A stretch of DNA of 63,893 nt from Myxococcota bacterium (lineage in GTDB: Bacteria > Myxococcota_A > Bradymonadia > UBA7976 > UBA1532): positions 1-63,893 of the forward strand of contig JAYZEG010000061.1 in NCBI GenBank assembly GCA_036337435.1. Direction: 5' to 3'. How positions within the stretch are numbered: the first letter of the stretch is position 1; the number at the start of each line of letters is the position of its first letter. Under the pieces are notes generated by a model. That model made no database searches. It saw only the letters and a program-made list of their open reading frames with translations, and was not told the DNA's origin. Made by a program: the position numbers and the translations under genes. Positions 8,765 through 18,646 of the stretch are shown one piece after another.

Positions 8765-11700
8765 CTACTCATCCCAGGGGGTATCGCCATCGATCCCCAT
8801 ACGCCCGAGATGGACACGAATCTTTCCATGGCAGAGAAGAATGGCGATGAAAATACTCCCCCCCCCCATAACCTGTAATCCAGCGGGTAAGACATCGGGC
8901 GGCAGTGGCTTGAGAAAGGGAAAACTGATCAAGACAAAGCCAGTTGTCAAATAACCAAAAAGTCCTAGAAGCCAGCCCTTTCGCCGCCCACTAAGCAGGC
9001 CAACACCACCGAAACACAGGATGAGACCCGCAATGGACGGCGCGAGGCCCAACCTAAAGCCAAGTATGGCCAATGCCAGTCCAGCGACGAAAGCAACTAT
9101 ACCGCCCAGGTTCAAAATTCGGCGAACGTTTCCCGATGCAGGAACCGACAAACGGGCCCGAAAGCCTTCACCGAGCTCCGGCCCGGGCCCACCATCCTCG
9201 TCGGAATCGACGGAAAACTGGTCCATGGATGCCCGAGAACTGAGGGGTGCGGCTTCGACTGAATTGACCTGAGACACACTGGGGATGTTGGTCAGTGGAC
9301 GAAAAGGCTCAGCGTGGTCCGGTTCACTGACCTCATCAATGGACTCATCGTTTATCAGGGAGTCAGGAAACTCGTATTTTTCCATAAGTTCCTCGATCCT
9401 TGAGAGACGATCGAGCTCGGCTTCATCGCCATCGGGCCGCGACGCACGCTGGTCCTTCGGTGCTTCACTGTCGGGCTTACCGATTAACTTTGCGAGAGCA
9501 AATCGATATTTTTTCGACACCGCGCCGATGAACCTGCGGGCACGTTTTTCGCCTTCATGGGCGAGGATTTTCTCAGTTTGAGAAATCACCGAATCATATT
9601 CATTGAATACGGCTGGTGCGGAAAAACGACCGCGTTTTGACGATAGTGCACGGACCGCAGCCATTGCAAAGTGCTCATGTGCCTCTGGCAGGCCGCCGCT
9701 GGACTTAATACGACGATACGCCTGTTCACAGAGTTCCAATAGTGGACCACGGGCGGCCGAGGATTTGAGGAGCCCGATAGCAGAAATGGCCAAAATGAGA
9801 GCATTTCCATCCTGTTTTCCCGACTCGAAGATGTGGATTTTTTGATGAAAGTATTCCGTTGCTAAGCTGCCAACAACGGCGTCTTTGACAAAGGGATTCA
9901 ACTCCGCCAAAGCATCGAGTGAATTGGGTGAGCTGGCAATAGAATCGAGCCAAAGCTCAAAATCGACATCTGGTCTGGCGTGGGTGGTTTTGGTTAAATT
10001 GTTCGCATCGGTCAGGGGCTGTGGCCCCATTAATTCTCTATGGGTCGGCTTCGGGAAAAGGCGCTCTGCGCGGCCAAGCACCATTTCCTCAGGCTTGATT
10101 GCAGCCGGCGCAGATGTCCAAACGTCATCTTCTTTTTCTGCCATGCCTGTCGTCCATTCCGATTTTTGTCTCGTTAATTCATGCCGCTCATCAGCGGACA
10201 AACGTCCAGTCTTGCGCTCGCGGACGGGTTCATGACTGAGCCTATCATTCAGCAGGCGACCGTGGTCTGTCTCATTGCCCTTAGAGTCATTCGATATATT
10301 GTCCGTCCGCTTTTCGGGTTCCAAACTGTGCTGCTCAGAGTCCGTTGGACACTGAGGAAATCGAGCCGCTCCTGCTTTGTCAACAACCGTTTCGACACCA
10401 TCTAGGAATGCGGCACGACGGATTTCGTTTTTTGATACATGTTCATCGCTTGACCCGTCAGCGACCGAGCGTCCAGCAGCCTCGCCACAGCTCATGGTCG
10501 GGTGATTCACCCCTTGCGTCAAGTTCGTCCTAGAGGCGTCTGTAGACATGTTGAATGACTGCGTAGACGCATTGTGTACCTCGAGCGCTTGACCATTATC
10601 ATGATCGCCGTCGTAAGGGTCATCCATAGTCGCCTCAGCGCGTGATTTTAGCGATTGAATCAGGCCCCTCTTGGGCTTTGGAACAACAGCCTCATTCGGT
10701 GGACCGACTAAAGCTGTCCTCGCCTGATTCAACCGCTCTGCGGTGGTCCGATTGTGTGTAAAAACCGACTCAAATCCATCTTGGGTATCTGTCTGGTCGC
10801 TGGATGGAGAAAACAAATCGTCCCGGTCGATGGACACATCAGAACCATCCGAGGGTCCGGAATACTCACCAGCATTAAGAGACGATTGCCCCCCCCTATT
10901 CTCCGTCGCATCAAGACTGATGGCCGTCCCTACCTCATCAACGATTGGCAAGGCCTCCAGTCGGCTGTAATTTGAACTCGTCAAAAGTTGATCGGAGATG
11001 AAACCGAGTGGGGTAATGGCTGCATTGCTTTGGAAACGCAGCAAGATGGAATGGGTTCCAGACAAAATGTCGATATTGCGATATTCCATCCCTCTCGGCG
11101 TCTGCACCAAGTAGATCCAGGAGTCGGCAGGTTCGTCACTGATGATGTCGATCAAACGCATTTCTGAGTCGAGTTCACAGACTAAATTCGCTGTATGCTC
11201 GGTGACTTGGTAGAGTCCGGCCTCGTTGCCAAACAACAAGCTGTTCTCCGTTCCATTTCGAGAACAAATGACAGCACCACCCGGGGCACCGTGAATGGGT
11301 GCCGCCGTTCGGGAAGGCACATCGAGGCGGAGCAAACCAGGCGAGACCGACCCAGACGACCCAATTAACCAAACCTGCGTGCCGCTCGAATCCGTCACTG
11401 GGCGGTGGCCAACATCGATTTGATAAGGCAACTCGATGAGTTCAAGTCGACCGGCCTTGTTGGCGCCGGGCGCGATTGAATCCGGTGCCCCGACTCGACC
11501 CGATATGAGGATTCCCATTTGACTGTTTTCCCCAGACGCTTCGAGTTGGACGAGTAGCCGTGTATCACTGCCGAGGAAGAGAGGCGCATGAAATCGTTGA
11601 GACTCGGCCGCCCGATTCCCGATGCGCATGGCGAGCCGAAAAACCTGGTCATCCGCCTCAACATCGAAGACGTAGAGGGCACTCCGCTCATCTTCATCTA

Positions 11701-11989
11701 TCAGACAGACCGCCAGTGACTGACCACTTGGGCTCAACGCCATGTCCGTGATTTGTCCTTCGAGACCAACCGGTTCCGTGAGGGTCTGGATTTGCCCCGT
11801 CTTCAGACAGATCCGCTTAAGCTCAAATTGATTTCCAGCCGTAATGGGATACGCGAAAGCCCGGCTACAATCTAAGCTTAGGACCATCTCGCCTGGCTCG
11901 AGAGCGGCAATAAATGTTCTCTGGCCCGAGTGAATGTTAAGACCCGTGAGACGTGAAAGTCCATCCTGCGATTCTGCAACAATGAGCAC
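8765..11989 (-). CDS. Large hypothetical membrane protein: N-terminal beta-propeller-like region, disordered linker, helical domain, about 4 C-terminal TM helices
   Basis: 1074-aa ORF with GGGGGA RBS; WD40/TolB-like strands (ITDMALSPSGQSLAV); acidic/Ser-rich middle; hydrophobic C-terminal segments. Confidence 0.75.
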   Translation of the reverse strand: MLIVAESQDGLSRLTGLNIHSGQRTFIAALEPGEMVLSLDCSRAFAYPITAGNQFELKRICLKTGQIQTLTEPVGLEGQITDMALSPSGQSLAVCLIDEDERSALYVFDVEADDQVFRLAMRIGNRAAESQRFHAPLFLGSDTRLLVQLEASGENSQMGILISGRVGAPDSIAPGANKAGRLELIELPYQIDVGHRPVTDSSGTQVWLIGSSGSVSPGLLRLDVPSRTAAPIHGAPGGAVICSRNGTENSLLFGNEAGLYQVTEHTANLVCELDSEMRLIDIISDEPADSWIYLVQTPRGMEYRNIDILSGTHSILLRFQSNAAITPLGFISDQLLTSSNYSRLEALPIVDEVGTAISLDATENRGGQSSLNAGEYSGPSDGSDVSIDRDDLFSPSSDQTDTQDGFESVFTHNRTTAERLNQARTALVGPPNEAVVPKPKRGLIQSLKSRAEATMDDPYDGDHDNGQALEVHNASTQSFNMSTDASRTNLTQGVNHPTMSCGEAAGRSVADGSSDEHVSKNEIRRAAFLDGVETVVDKAGAARFPQCPTDSEQHSLEPEKRTDNISNDSKGNETDHGRLLNDRLSHEPVRERKTGRLSADERHELTRQKSEWTTGMAEKEDDVWTSAPAAIKPEEMVLGRAERLFPKPTHRELMGPQPLTDANNLTKTTHARPDVDFELWLDSIASSPNSLDALAELNPFVKDAVVGSLATEYFHQKIHIFESGKQDGNALILAISAIGLLKSSAARGPLLELCEQAYRRIKSSGGLPEAHEHFAMAAVRALSSKRGRFSAPAVFNEYDSVISQTEKILAHEGEKRARRFIGAVSKKYRFALAKLIGKPDSEAPKDQRASRPDGDEAELDRLSRIEELMEKYEFPDSLINDESIDEVSEPDHAEPFRPLTNIPSVSQVNSVEAAPLSSRASMDQFSVDSDEDGGPGPELGEGFRARLSVPASGNVRRILNLGGIVAFVAGLALAILGFRLGLAPSIAGLILCFGGVGLLSGRRKGWLLGLFGYLTTGFVLISFPFLKPLPPDVLPAGLQVMGGGSIFIAILLCHGKIRVHLGRMGIDGDTPWDE

Positions 11990-12204
11990 CGTTCCCCCTT
12001 CTCACAGAGCATGCGGGTCCACATATCCGTTGGCTCTTAAACAGTATGCGACGCCGGTGTTCGAATCGCCATAGCAATTTTGGCTTAATCTCTGTTCGGA
12101 ACATCAAGGTAGAAGTTGACGATTTCACACCAACAGAAAAAACCTGTTTGGTCCAAACCGCCGTTTCGTGCGATCATCTGGGTATTGTCGAAAAGCTGAA
12201 GGTC

Positions 12205-15200
12205 ATGGCCATGAGTCTTTTGTCGGGCTGTACGAGCCTGCGTTATGCGAGCAGTCCCTGCCTATTCGTTGTCCCCTTGGTCTTCGCGGCACTGTTTTTT
12301 GGATGCAGCGAAGAAGAGATCGCTGGTGCGACCCGAGTCTGCCAGTCTGACCTAGATTGCAGAACGGGCACGACCTGTGTTGGCACAGCCTGCATTCCTA
12401 TCGACAGAGTAGATCAGGACGGTGACGGCATTCCAGACCACATTGAAGATGAACTCGGAACCGATCGAACTCAACGCGACTCAGACGGTGATGGACTCCC
12501 CGATAACGAAGAACTTCAGTACGACCCAATGAATCGCACCTGGTCGTCACCCGATGGCGATGAAGACGGCGTACCGAATGCGCTGGAAGCCGACAATGGC
12601 GACCGTGATGACGATGGGGTGCCAGATGCGGTCGATCCCTGCGATGACGATCCAGACTGCCCGGTCGTCGGAGGTGCCCACCCTCCCTGCCGGATGCTCG
12701 AAGATGAGCCATGCGCAGCTGGCATTGGCCAATGTGCAGTCGTCGGGCGAACCCGATGCTCTGAAGATGGACAAGACGTCGTCTGCGTCGGCGAAGAAAA
12801 CCAACCGGTTGAAGAGATTTGCGATGGCCTCGACAATGATTGCGACGGCGAGATGGATGAAGTCTTTACCGATTTGGGTGACGACTGCCCCATCGGGACC
12901 GGCACGTGTGCGAGCGTCGGGCGAATCGTCTGCGGAGATAATGGCCAAACTGTATGTGCAGGCACGCCACTTCCACCAACCTTAGAGCTCTGCGATGGCC
13001 TCGACAATGATTGCGACAATGCGGTTGATGAGAGCTTCGAGCAACTGGGAACGCGCTGCTTGGTTGGTCAGGGTGGATGCATGATCGAGGGAATTATTGT
13101 CTGTGATTTGGAGACAGGAGAGACCACCTGTACCTATGAAGAAACCCCTGAGACAGTGGAAATTTGCGATGGTTTAGACAATGACTGTGACGGGAACGTC
13201 GATGAAACTTTTCCAGACCTCGGCGATGCATGCACTGTGGGTTTCGGCATTTGCGAGCAGAGTGGCCTATTCCAATGTTCAGCAAACGGTCAGGAGGCTT
13301 TCTGTGACGCAGTTCCGGGACCGCCGGCAGGCGAACTTTGTGATGGTCTAGACAATGACTGTGATGGGGCGACGGACGAAGTATTTGCCGGCCTCGGTAG
13401 TCCATGCGCAATCGGCCGCGGTGCCTGTCGTAGAGATGCAATGACCGTCTGCGCAGACGACGGTTCAGGAACAGTTTGCCCGATCGTTGCAGGACAGCCC
13501 GAGTTTGAGCGATGTGATCAGTTGGATAATGATTGTGACGGTGAAACCGATGAGGATCTCGGTGTCGGGGACCCGTGTACGGTCGGGGTCGGCGCATGCG
13601 TTCAGATTGGACAATCAATTTGTAACCCGGAGGCGAATGCCCTCGAATGCAATATTGAACCGGCGCCCGCCATGGCTGAACTCTGCGATGCAGTGGACAA
13701 CGATTGCGATGGCCAAACAGACGAGGATTTTGATGATCTAGGTCGATTCTGCGAGGTCGACCGAGACGGTTGCATCCTGCCCGGACGCTGGCATTGCAGC
13801 GAAGATGGTGCGGACCGAGACTGTGTCGCTGATCCAGAGCTTGTGTTGGAAGAACGCTGCGACGAGCGAGATAATGATTGCGATGGTCGCATCGACGAAG
13901 GACTCGGTCTCGGCGACGATTGCATTGCTGGTGAGGGTCTGTGTGAAGCCGGTGGACAACGTGCGTGTGCAGCCGATGGCACAGTAGTCTGCGAAGCCGT
14001 CGGACCCCCTGGAATTCCAGAAATATGTGACGGCATCGACAATGACTGCGATTTTAGAGCCGATGAAGATTTTGTCGCCCTCGGGCTGGGGTCTGGCTGT
14101 ACGGCGGGCATCGGCACATGCGCTGCGAACGGTCAGCTGCAATGTGATGCTGATGGCACTGGTCTGGTGTGCGTCGCTGAACTCGGTCAACCGAGTCTCG
14201 AGACTTGCGATGGCCTAGACAATGACTGCGATGGAGCCTTCGATGAGACATTTTTTGATCTGGGCGGACTCTGCGAGGTCGGTATTGGTGCCTGCCGACG
14301 CGCCAGCCGACTGGTCTGCAGCGACGATACTCTCGACTTGATCTGTCCTGCGGTCCCTGGCCGGGCGACTGAAGAAACCTGCAATTCCTTCGATGACGAT
14401 TGTGACGGAACCGTCGACGAGGCCTTTGACAATTTAGGGGACGCGTGTGAGGCAGGGATCGGCGCCTGTCGTAATGACGGTGTCATCCAATGCGCAGAAG
14501 ACGGTCGTGACGTCATCTGCAGTGTGTCCGCTGGTGCACCCGTCCCTGAAGTCTGTGACCAGATCGACAACGACTGCGACGGAGAAACCGATGAAGGCTT
14601 TGATGACCTCTGTCGACTCACAGCGCAGAACATTAGTGCGGGCGGTTATGGCACGTGTGCAACCCTCAATGCTGGCGTGCCCACATGCTGGGGTAGTGTT
14701 CGACGGCGCCCACCGAACGTTGCGCTGGTGAGTCTAAGCTCAGGTGGAGACACCTACTGTGGCCTCGATGCAGAGGGGGTCATCAGCTGTTGGGGTCAAC
14801 CTGTCGAAATCCCCGACGCGTTGGGCGTGATCCAAGACATCGCCGTCAGTGCCAATGCACAAGTCTGTATTCTCCGGGCCATCGACAACCGGGTTCGCTG
14901 CTTCGGACGCGAACTCCCCGAAGACGTTCCTGTACCCGATGCACCCCTTCAAAATCTCACCGCAGGCTTCGATTTTGCCTGTGCCATCAATCGTGCCAAT
15001 CAACGTCCTCAGTGCTGGGGAACGGCGGATTTCGGGGTTTTGGATGCGCCCGATATCGCGATGACGGCGATTGATTCTGGATCCAGCGCAACCTGCGGCT
15101 TGGTCGATGGTGGTGCGATTCAATGCTGGGGTGAAGACATCGGTGGTCAATTGGATCCGCCCGATGGGGAATTCGTATCATTGTCAATGGGAGGCTATAC

Positions 15201-15435
15201 GGGCTGCGCAATCAATCGAGAAGGCGATGCGCGGTGCTGGGGTCTCGGTAGCGTCGATGATGGACGGCAATATGGCCAGGGGCGCCCACCGCAAGAACGA
15301 TATTCAACACTCTCTATGGGGGCCGCCCATGGATGTGGTCTGACAGAGACCAATGCGATTATTTGCTGGGGCGCAGGGGGTCCAGATGATGGCGATGCAT
15401 TTCCTCATTCTGGACAATCAACGGTCCCGCGCTAA
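12205..15435 (+). CDS. Cys-rich repeat lipoprotein: DxDGDG Ca-binding repeats, 11 MopE-like repeats, RCC1-like C-terminal propeller
   Basis: Lipobox FFGC; DQDGDG/DSDGDG motifs; 11 counted copies of E.CD..DNDCD...DE; C-terminal SAG..TC...CWG repeats. Start uncertain (12046, 12205 or 12211). Confidence 0.85.
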   Translation: MAMSLLSGCTSLRYASSPCLFVVPLVFAALFFGCSEEEIAGATRVCQSDLDCRTGTTCVGTACIPIDRVDQDGDGIPDHIEDELGTDRTQRDSDGDGLPDNEELQYDPMNRTWSSPDGDEDGVPNALEADNGDRDDDGVPDAVDPCDDDPDCPVVGGAHPPCRMLEDEPCAAGIGQCAVVGRTRCSEDGQDVVCVGEENQPVEEICDGLDNDCDGEMDEVFTDLGDDCPIGTGTCASVGRIVCGDNGQTVCAGTPLPPTLELCDGLDNDCDNAVDESFEQLGTRCLVGQGGCMIEGIIVCDLETGETTCTYEETPETVEICDGLDNDCDGNVDETFPDLGDACTVGFGICEQSGLFQCSANGQEAFCDAVPGPPAGELCDGLDNDCDGATDEVFAGLGSPCAIGRGACRRDAMTVCADDGSGTVCPIVAGQPEFERCDQLDNDCDGETDEDLGVGDPCTVGVGACVQIGQSICNPEANALECNIEPAPAMAELCDAVDNDCDGQTDEDFDDLGRFCEVDRDGCILPGRWHCSEDGADRDCVADPELVLEERCDERDNDCDGRIDEGLGLGDDCIAGEGLCEAGGQRACAADGTVVCEAVGPPGIPEICDGIDNDCDFRADEDFVALGLGSGCTAGIGTCAANGQLQCDADGTGLVCVAELGQPSLETCDGLDNDCDGAFDETFFDLGGLCEVGIGACRRASRLVCSDDTLDLICPAVPGRATEETCNSFDDDCDGTVDEAFDNLGDACEAGIGACRNDGVIQCAEDGRDVICSVSAGAPVPEVCDQIDNDCDGETDEGFDDLCRLTAQNISAGGYGTCATLNAGVPTCWGSVRRRPPNVALVSLSSGGDTYCGLDAEGVISCWGQPVEIPDALGVIQDIAVSANAQVCILRAIDNRVRCFGRELPEDVPVPDAPLQNLTAGFDFACAINRANQRPQCWGTADFGVLDAPDIAMTAIDSGSSATCGLVDGGAIQCWGEDIGGQLDPPDGEFVSLSMGGYTGCAINREGDARCWGLGSVDDGRQYGQGRPPQERYSTLSMGAAHGCGLTETNAIICWGAGGPDDGDAFPHSGQSTVPR

Positions 15436-15445
15436 CAGTCGTGAG

Positions 15446-16438
15446 TTAATAGACAAACTGAATTCCCCGCCGATAGAGAGCTGCGAAGTCCATGGTCGTC
15501 GCAATCATCCAATGGCTTAGAGCACCCAAGAAGAATGATCGATGGTGCCAGGCGAGAATCCCCAGCACCAGACCCGCAGCCACCGCGCCAAGGGTCTCAG
15601 GGACCGGCTTCCCAAGGTGCCCAAGCACATAGGGCATGATCATAAAGAACAGGCCATTCTTGCCAAGCTCTTTGGTGGTGCCAAAAAGAATAAATCCACG
15701 CCAAAATGCCTCACCGCTGAAGTAAAAGGCAAAGGATGCGACCAAATAAATCAACATCAGCTGCACGCTGATGGTCCCATCGACAATGCCCGGCTTACAC
15801 CAAGGATATTTTCGAAGAAAGGCCGGCAACGTGGATGCGTAAAAGATCACGACCAGTGCTACAGCGAGGGTCAAGACCCCATAGATCCACCACCCTCGCA
15901 TCATCCCGTCCATGCGATAGCCGAAATCCCTCACAGCGCGCTTATAGACGAAAATAATCAACAAAACGGGGAGAACGACACGCGCCAAGATGCTCGTAGA
16001 GACGAAAAAGTAGTAAGGTAACAAGCCCCGATGCCCACCCCAGGACGGATAAAAGTCGAACCAAAACCGGAAGCTTGTACGCCGCCCGTACAGCCAAAAC
16101 AAAGACAAGATGAGCATGGAACCTAGGATCGTCATGTGAGTCCGATACGAGATTTCACGGAGACGAGCAGCGCAGAGAAACCGAAGCCCGAGATAAAAAA
16201 GGCCGACGCCAACCCAAAATAAGAGCACCACCAATCGCGACTTATCCAAGCCTAAAGTCGAGAGCGCACGACCGATTTCTGTGCCCCGAATGGCGTACCA
16301 AGCAATGGATGCTCCAACCGAATACAGCGTCATTAAGCCAGCGAGCAATGGACTGAAACGGACGCTCGCATCGGTCCCGAGTTGACGCCAATGCTGCCCC
16401 AGACGATTTAAAATAGTGCCCATGGCCTGTTTTTGCAT
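15446..16438 (-). CDS. CPBP/Abi (CAAX) family intramembrane glutamic protease
   Basis: Multi-TM protein with GEAFWRG, HLGKP.PET.GA..AG and SHW...D motifs. Start uncertain (16459, 16438 or 16423). Confidence 0.8.
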   Translation of the reverse strand: MQKQAMGTILNRLGQHWRQLGTDASVRFSPLLAGLMTLYSVGASIAWYAIRGTEIGRALSTLGLDKSRLVVLLFWVGVGLFYLGLRFLCAARLREISYRTHMTILGSMLILSLFWLYGRRTSFRFWFDFYPSWGGHRGLLPYYFFVSTSILARVVLPVLLIIFVYKRAVRDFGYRMDGMMRGWWIYGVLTLAVALVVIFYASTLPAFLRKYPWCKPGIVDGTISVQLMLIYLVASFAFYFSGEAFWRGFILFGTTKELGKNGLFFMIMPYVLGHLGKPVPETLGAVAAGLVLGILAWHHRSFFLGALSHWMIATTMDFAALYRRGIQFVY

Positions 16439-16573
16439 CGCCTCGACCCCAGGAGTCAACGACGGTTTGCGTTTGGCCGAAAAATAGTTGGACTGAAGTG
16501 AACCCAGAATTGGGGATTGTCAGAGACGCTCTCGGCGTTCATACTCCCCAAAACTCTGATTCGGGAGACTCGA

Positions 16574-17974
16574 ATGCAGCGCCGTCGCATCAAGGAGATT
16601 CTAAGCGGTCAAATCAGCTTGGATAGTTCAGTTAACGTCGAGGGATGGGTACGCACCCGCCGAGATTCAAAAGCGGGGATTTCCTTTCTGCAAATCCACG
16701 ATGGCTCGTGCTTCGCTGCACTGCAGGTGGTGGCAGGCACGGAGTTGACGAATTATATGGACGAAGTGACAAAGCTCTCTGCCGGGTGCTCGGTCAAGGT
16801 TGAAGGGACGTTGGTCGAATCCCAAGGAAAAGGTCAATCCTACGAGGTCGTGGCCGATATGGTCGAGGTCGTTGGATGGGTCGAGAATCCCGAGACCTAT
16901 CCGCTTCAACCCAAACGGCATTCCATGGAACACTTGCGGTCTGTGGCCCATTTACGGCCACGCACGAACCTCATTGGGGCCGTGACCAGAGTCCGCCATT
17001 GCCTGTCTCAAGCCATCCACCGTTTCTTTCACGAACGGGGATTTTACTGGATTCACACGCCCATTATTACCGGGGCGGATTGCGAGGGTGCTGGCGAACA
17101 ATTCCGTGTATCAACACTGGATTTGTCGAATCTACCACGAACCGAGAAAGGGGCTGTTGATTTCTCAAAGGACTATTTTGGTCGCGAAACACATCTGACC
17201 GTCTCGGGACAGCTCAATGTCGAGTCCTATTGTCTGGCCATGACCGATGTCTACACGTTTGGACCGACATTCAGAGCAGAAAACTCGAACACTCGTCGAC
17301 ATCTGTCAGAGTTTTGGATGGTCGAACCAGAAATTGCGTTCGCCGATCTCGATGCAGATGTTCAGCTGGCCGAAGACTTCTTAAAGCACATCTTCAGCGC
17401 AGTGCTGGAAGAGCGTGCCGATGATCTGGAGTTTTTCGAGAAGCGGGTTGATAAAACCTGTATCGAGCGTCTCCGGTCGGTGGTTGATTCACAATTCGCA
17501 CGGCTCGATTATACGGCGGCCATCGAAATTCTTGAATCTGCGCCCGTATCCTTCGAATACCCTGTCCAATGGGGAATGGATCTCCAAGCTGAGCATGAGC
17601 GCTATTTGTCGGAGACTCACGTGGGCGGCCCTCTCGCCGTCATCAATTACCCTAAGGATATAAAAGCTTTCTACATGAGGCTAAACGACGACGGCAAAAC
17701 GGTCGCTGCGATGGATGTCCTGGCACCTGGGATCGGTGAAATTATCGGTGGAAGTCAACGGGAAGAACGTCTAGACATTCTCGACGCCCGAATCCAGGAA
17801 ACGGGCATGCCCATTGACGATTACTGGTGGTATCGAGACTTAAGAAAATACGGCACGGTCCCCCATGCCGGTTTTGGGCTCGGATTCGAAAGAGCCATTC
17901 AATATGCGACTGGTGTCGATAACATCCGGGACGTAATCCCTTTCCCACGCTCACCGAGGAACGCGGCATTCTGA
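16574..17974 (+). CDS. asnS: Asparagine--tRNA ligase
   Basis: OB-fold [58 protein letters not shown] and [18 protein letters not shown] before ATG 16574. Confidence 0.98.
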   Translation: MQRRRIKEILSGQISLDSSVNVEGWVRTRRDSKAGISFLQIHDGSCFAALQVVAGTELTNYMDEVTKLSAGCSVKVEGTLVESQGKGQSYEVVADMVEVVGWVENPETYPLQPKRHSMEHLRSVAHLRPRTNLIGAVTRVRHCLSQAIHRFFHERGFYWIHTPIITGADCEGAGEQFRVSTLDLSNLPRTEKGAVDFSKDYFGRETHLTVSGQLNVESYCLAMTDVYTFGPTFRAENSNTRRHLSEFWMVEPEIAFADLDADVQLAEDFLKHIFSAVLEERADDLEFFEKRVDKTCIERLRSVVDSQFARLDYTAAIEILESAPVSFEYPVQWGMDLQAEHERYLSETHVGGPLAVINYPKDIKAFYMRLNDDGKTVAAMDVLAPGIGEIIGGSQREERLDILDARIQETGMPIDDYWWYRDLRKYGTVPHAGFGLGFERAIQYATGVDNIRDVIPFPRSPRNAAF

Positions 17975-18003
17975 AGTGGCAGCCCGAGACAGCCTCGGTC
18001 ACT
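17975..18003. terminator. Possible hairpin between convergent asnS and the MXAN_5187-like gene
   Basis: CCGAG-acagc-CTCGG core flanked by AGTG...CACT; no clear U-tract. Confidence 0.3.
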
Positions 18004-18020
18004 CGACGTCTAGATACGTG

Positions 18021-18509
18021 CTAGCTTTTCGGCTTTTTGCGGGCCGTCCCCCGCATACCAACGGCATCACCGCCAGTCGACAAACCGCCCAATTTACTCA
18101 AAAAATCGCTGGCTGCATCGGACACCTCGCGGACACGTTTTTGGGTTTCGGCCTGTTTTGCAACCGATGGGGCGGCGCGGTTAGGGTCCGGATGATTCCG
18201 ATTGTCGGGTGTCCGCCTAGATTGACGATAATCGGCCCGGGCGACATCGCGGGCAAAGGTGCCTGAATCGATCGCACGCTGGATGCGCTCCCAGTATTGT
18301 TCAAGGGTCACCAACCGCTGAATCAAATTACGATGTTTGAACTTATCAACGGCATTATTTTGCGGCTGGTACCGGCGAATATCGCGACTGACCTGTGCCC
18401 TCAATGCCAGGGGGGGCCGCTTTTCAAGTCCGAGAAAAAAACGCTCGTATTCGACCCTTAAAGATTCAAGCTGTTTATGCAGCCGACCGATGGCTTCGAT
18501 CATTTTCAT
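18021..18509 (-). CDS. MXAN_5187 C-terminal-domain-like protein (stand-alone)
   Basis: LRVEYERFFLGLEKRPP...KFKHRNLIQRLVTLEQYWERIQRAIDSGTF matches the myxobacterial family pattern as I recall it. Confidence 0.7.
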   Translation of the reverse strand: MKMIEAIGRLHKQLESLRVEYERFFLGLEKRPPLALRAQVSRDIRRYQPQNNAVDKFKHRNLIQRLVTLEQYWERIQRAIDSGTFARDVARADYRQSRRTPDNRNHPDPNRAAPSVAKQAETQKRVREVSDAASDFLSKLGGLSTGGDAVGMRGTARKKPKS

Positions 18510-18646
18510 CCTCGCAGAGCGGCCAAAAAAAGTGCCCCCTGATAGCGACCAGGTTATCGCGACCCTAGACTGCTTACAATCCCCTGTTCTTGACGGTCTA
18601 TAGCCCGGGTGCTAGCCTCTCGACGGCTGCAAGATACGAGAACATC

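Noticed and set aside
8614..8895. 93-aa minus-strand ORF
   Set aside because: It overlaps the C-terminus of the 1074-aa gene in another frame; relevant only as a possible slippage product.
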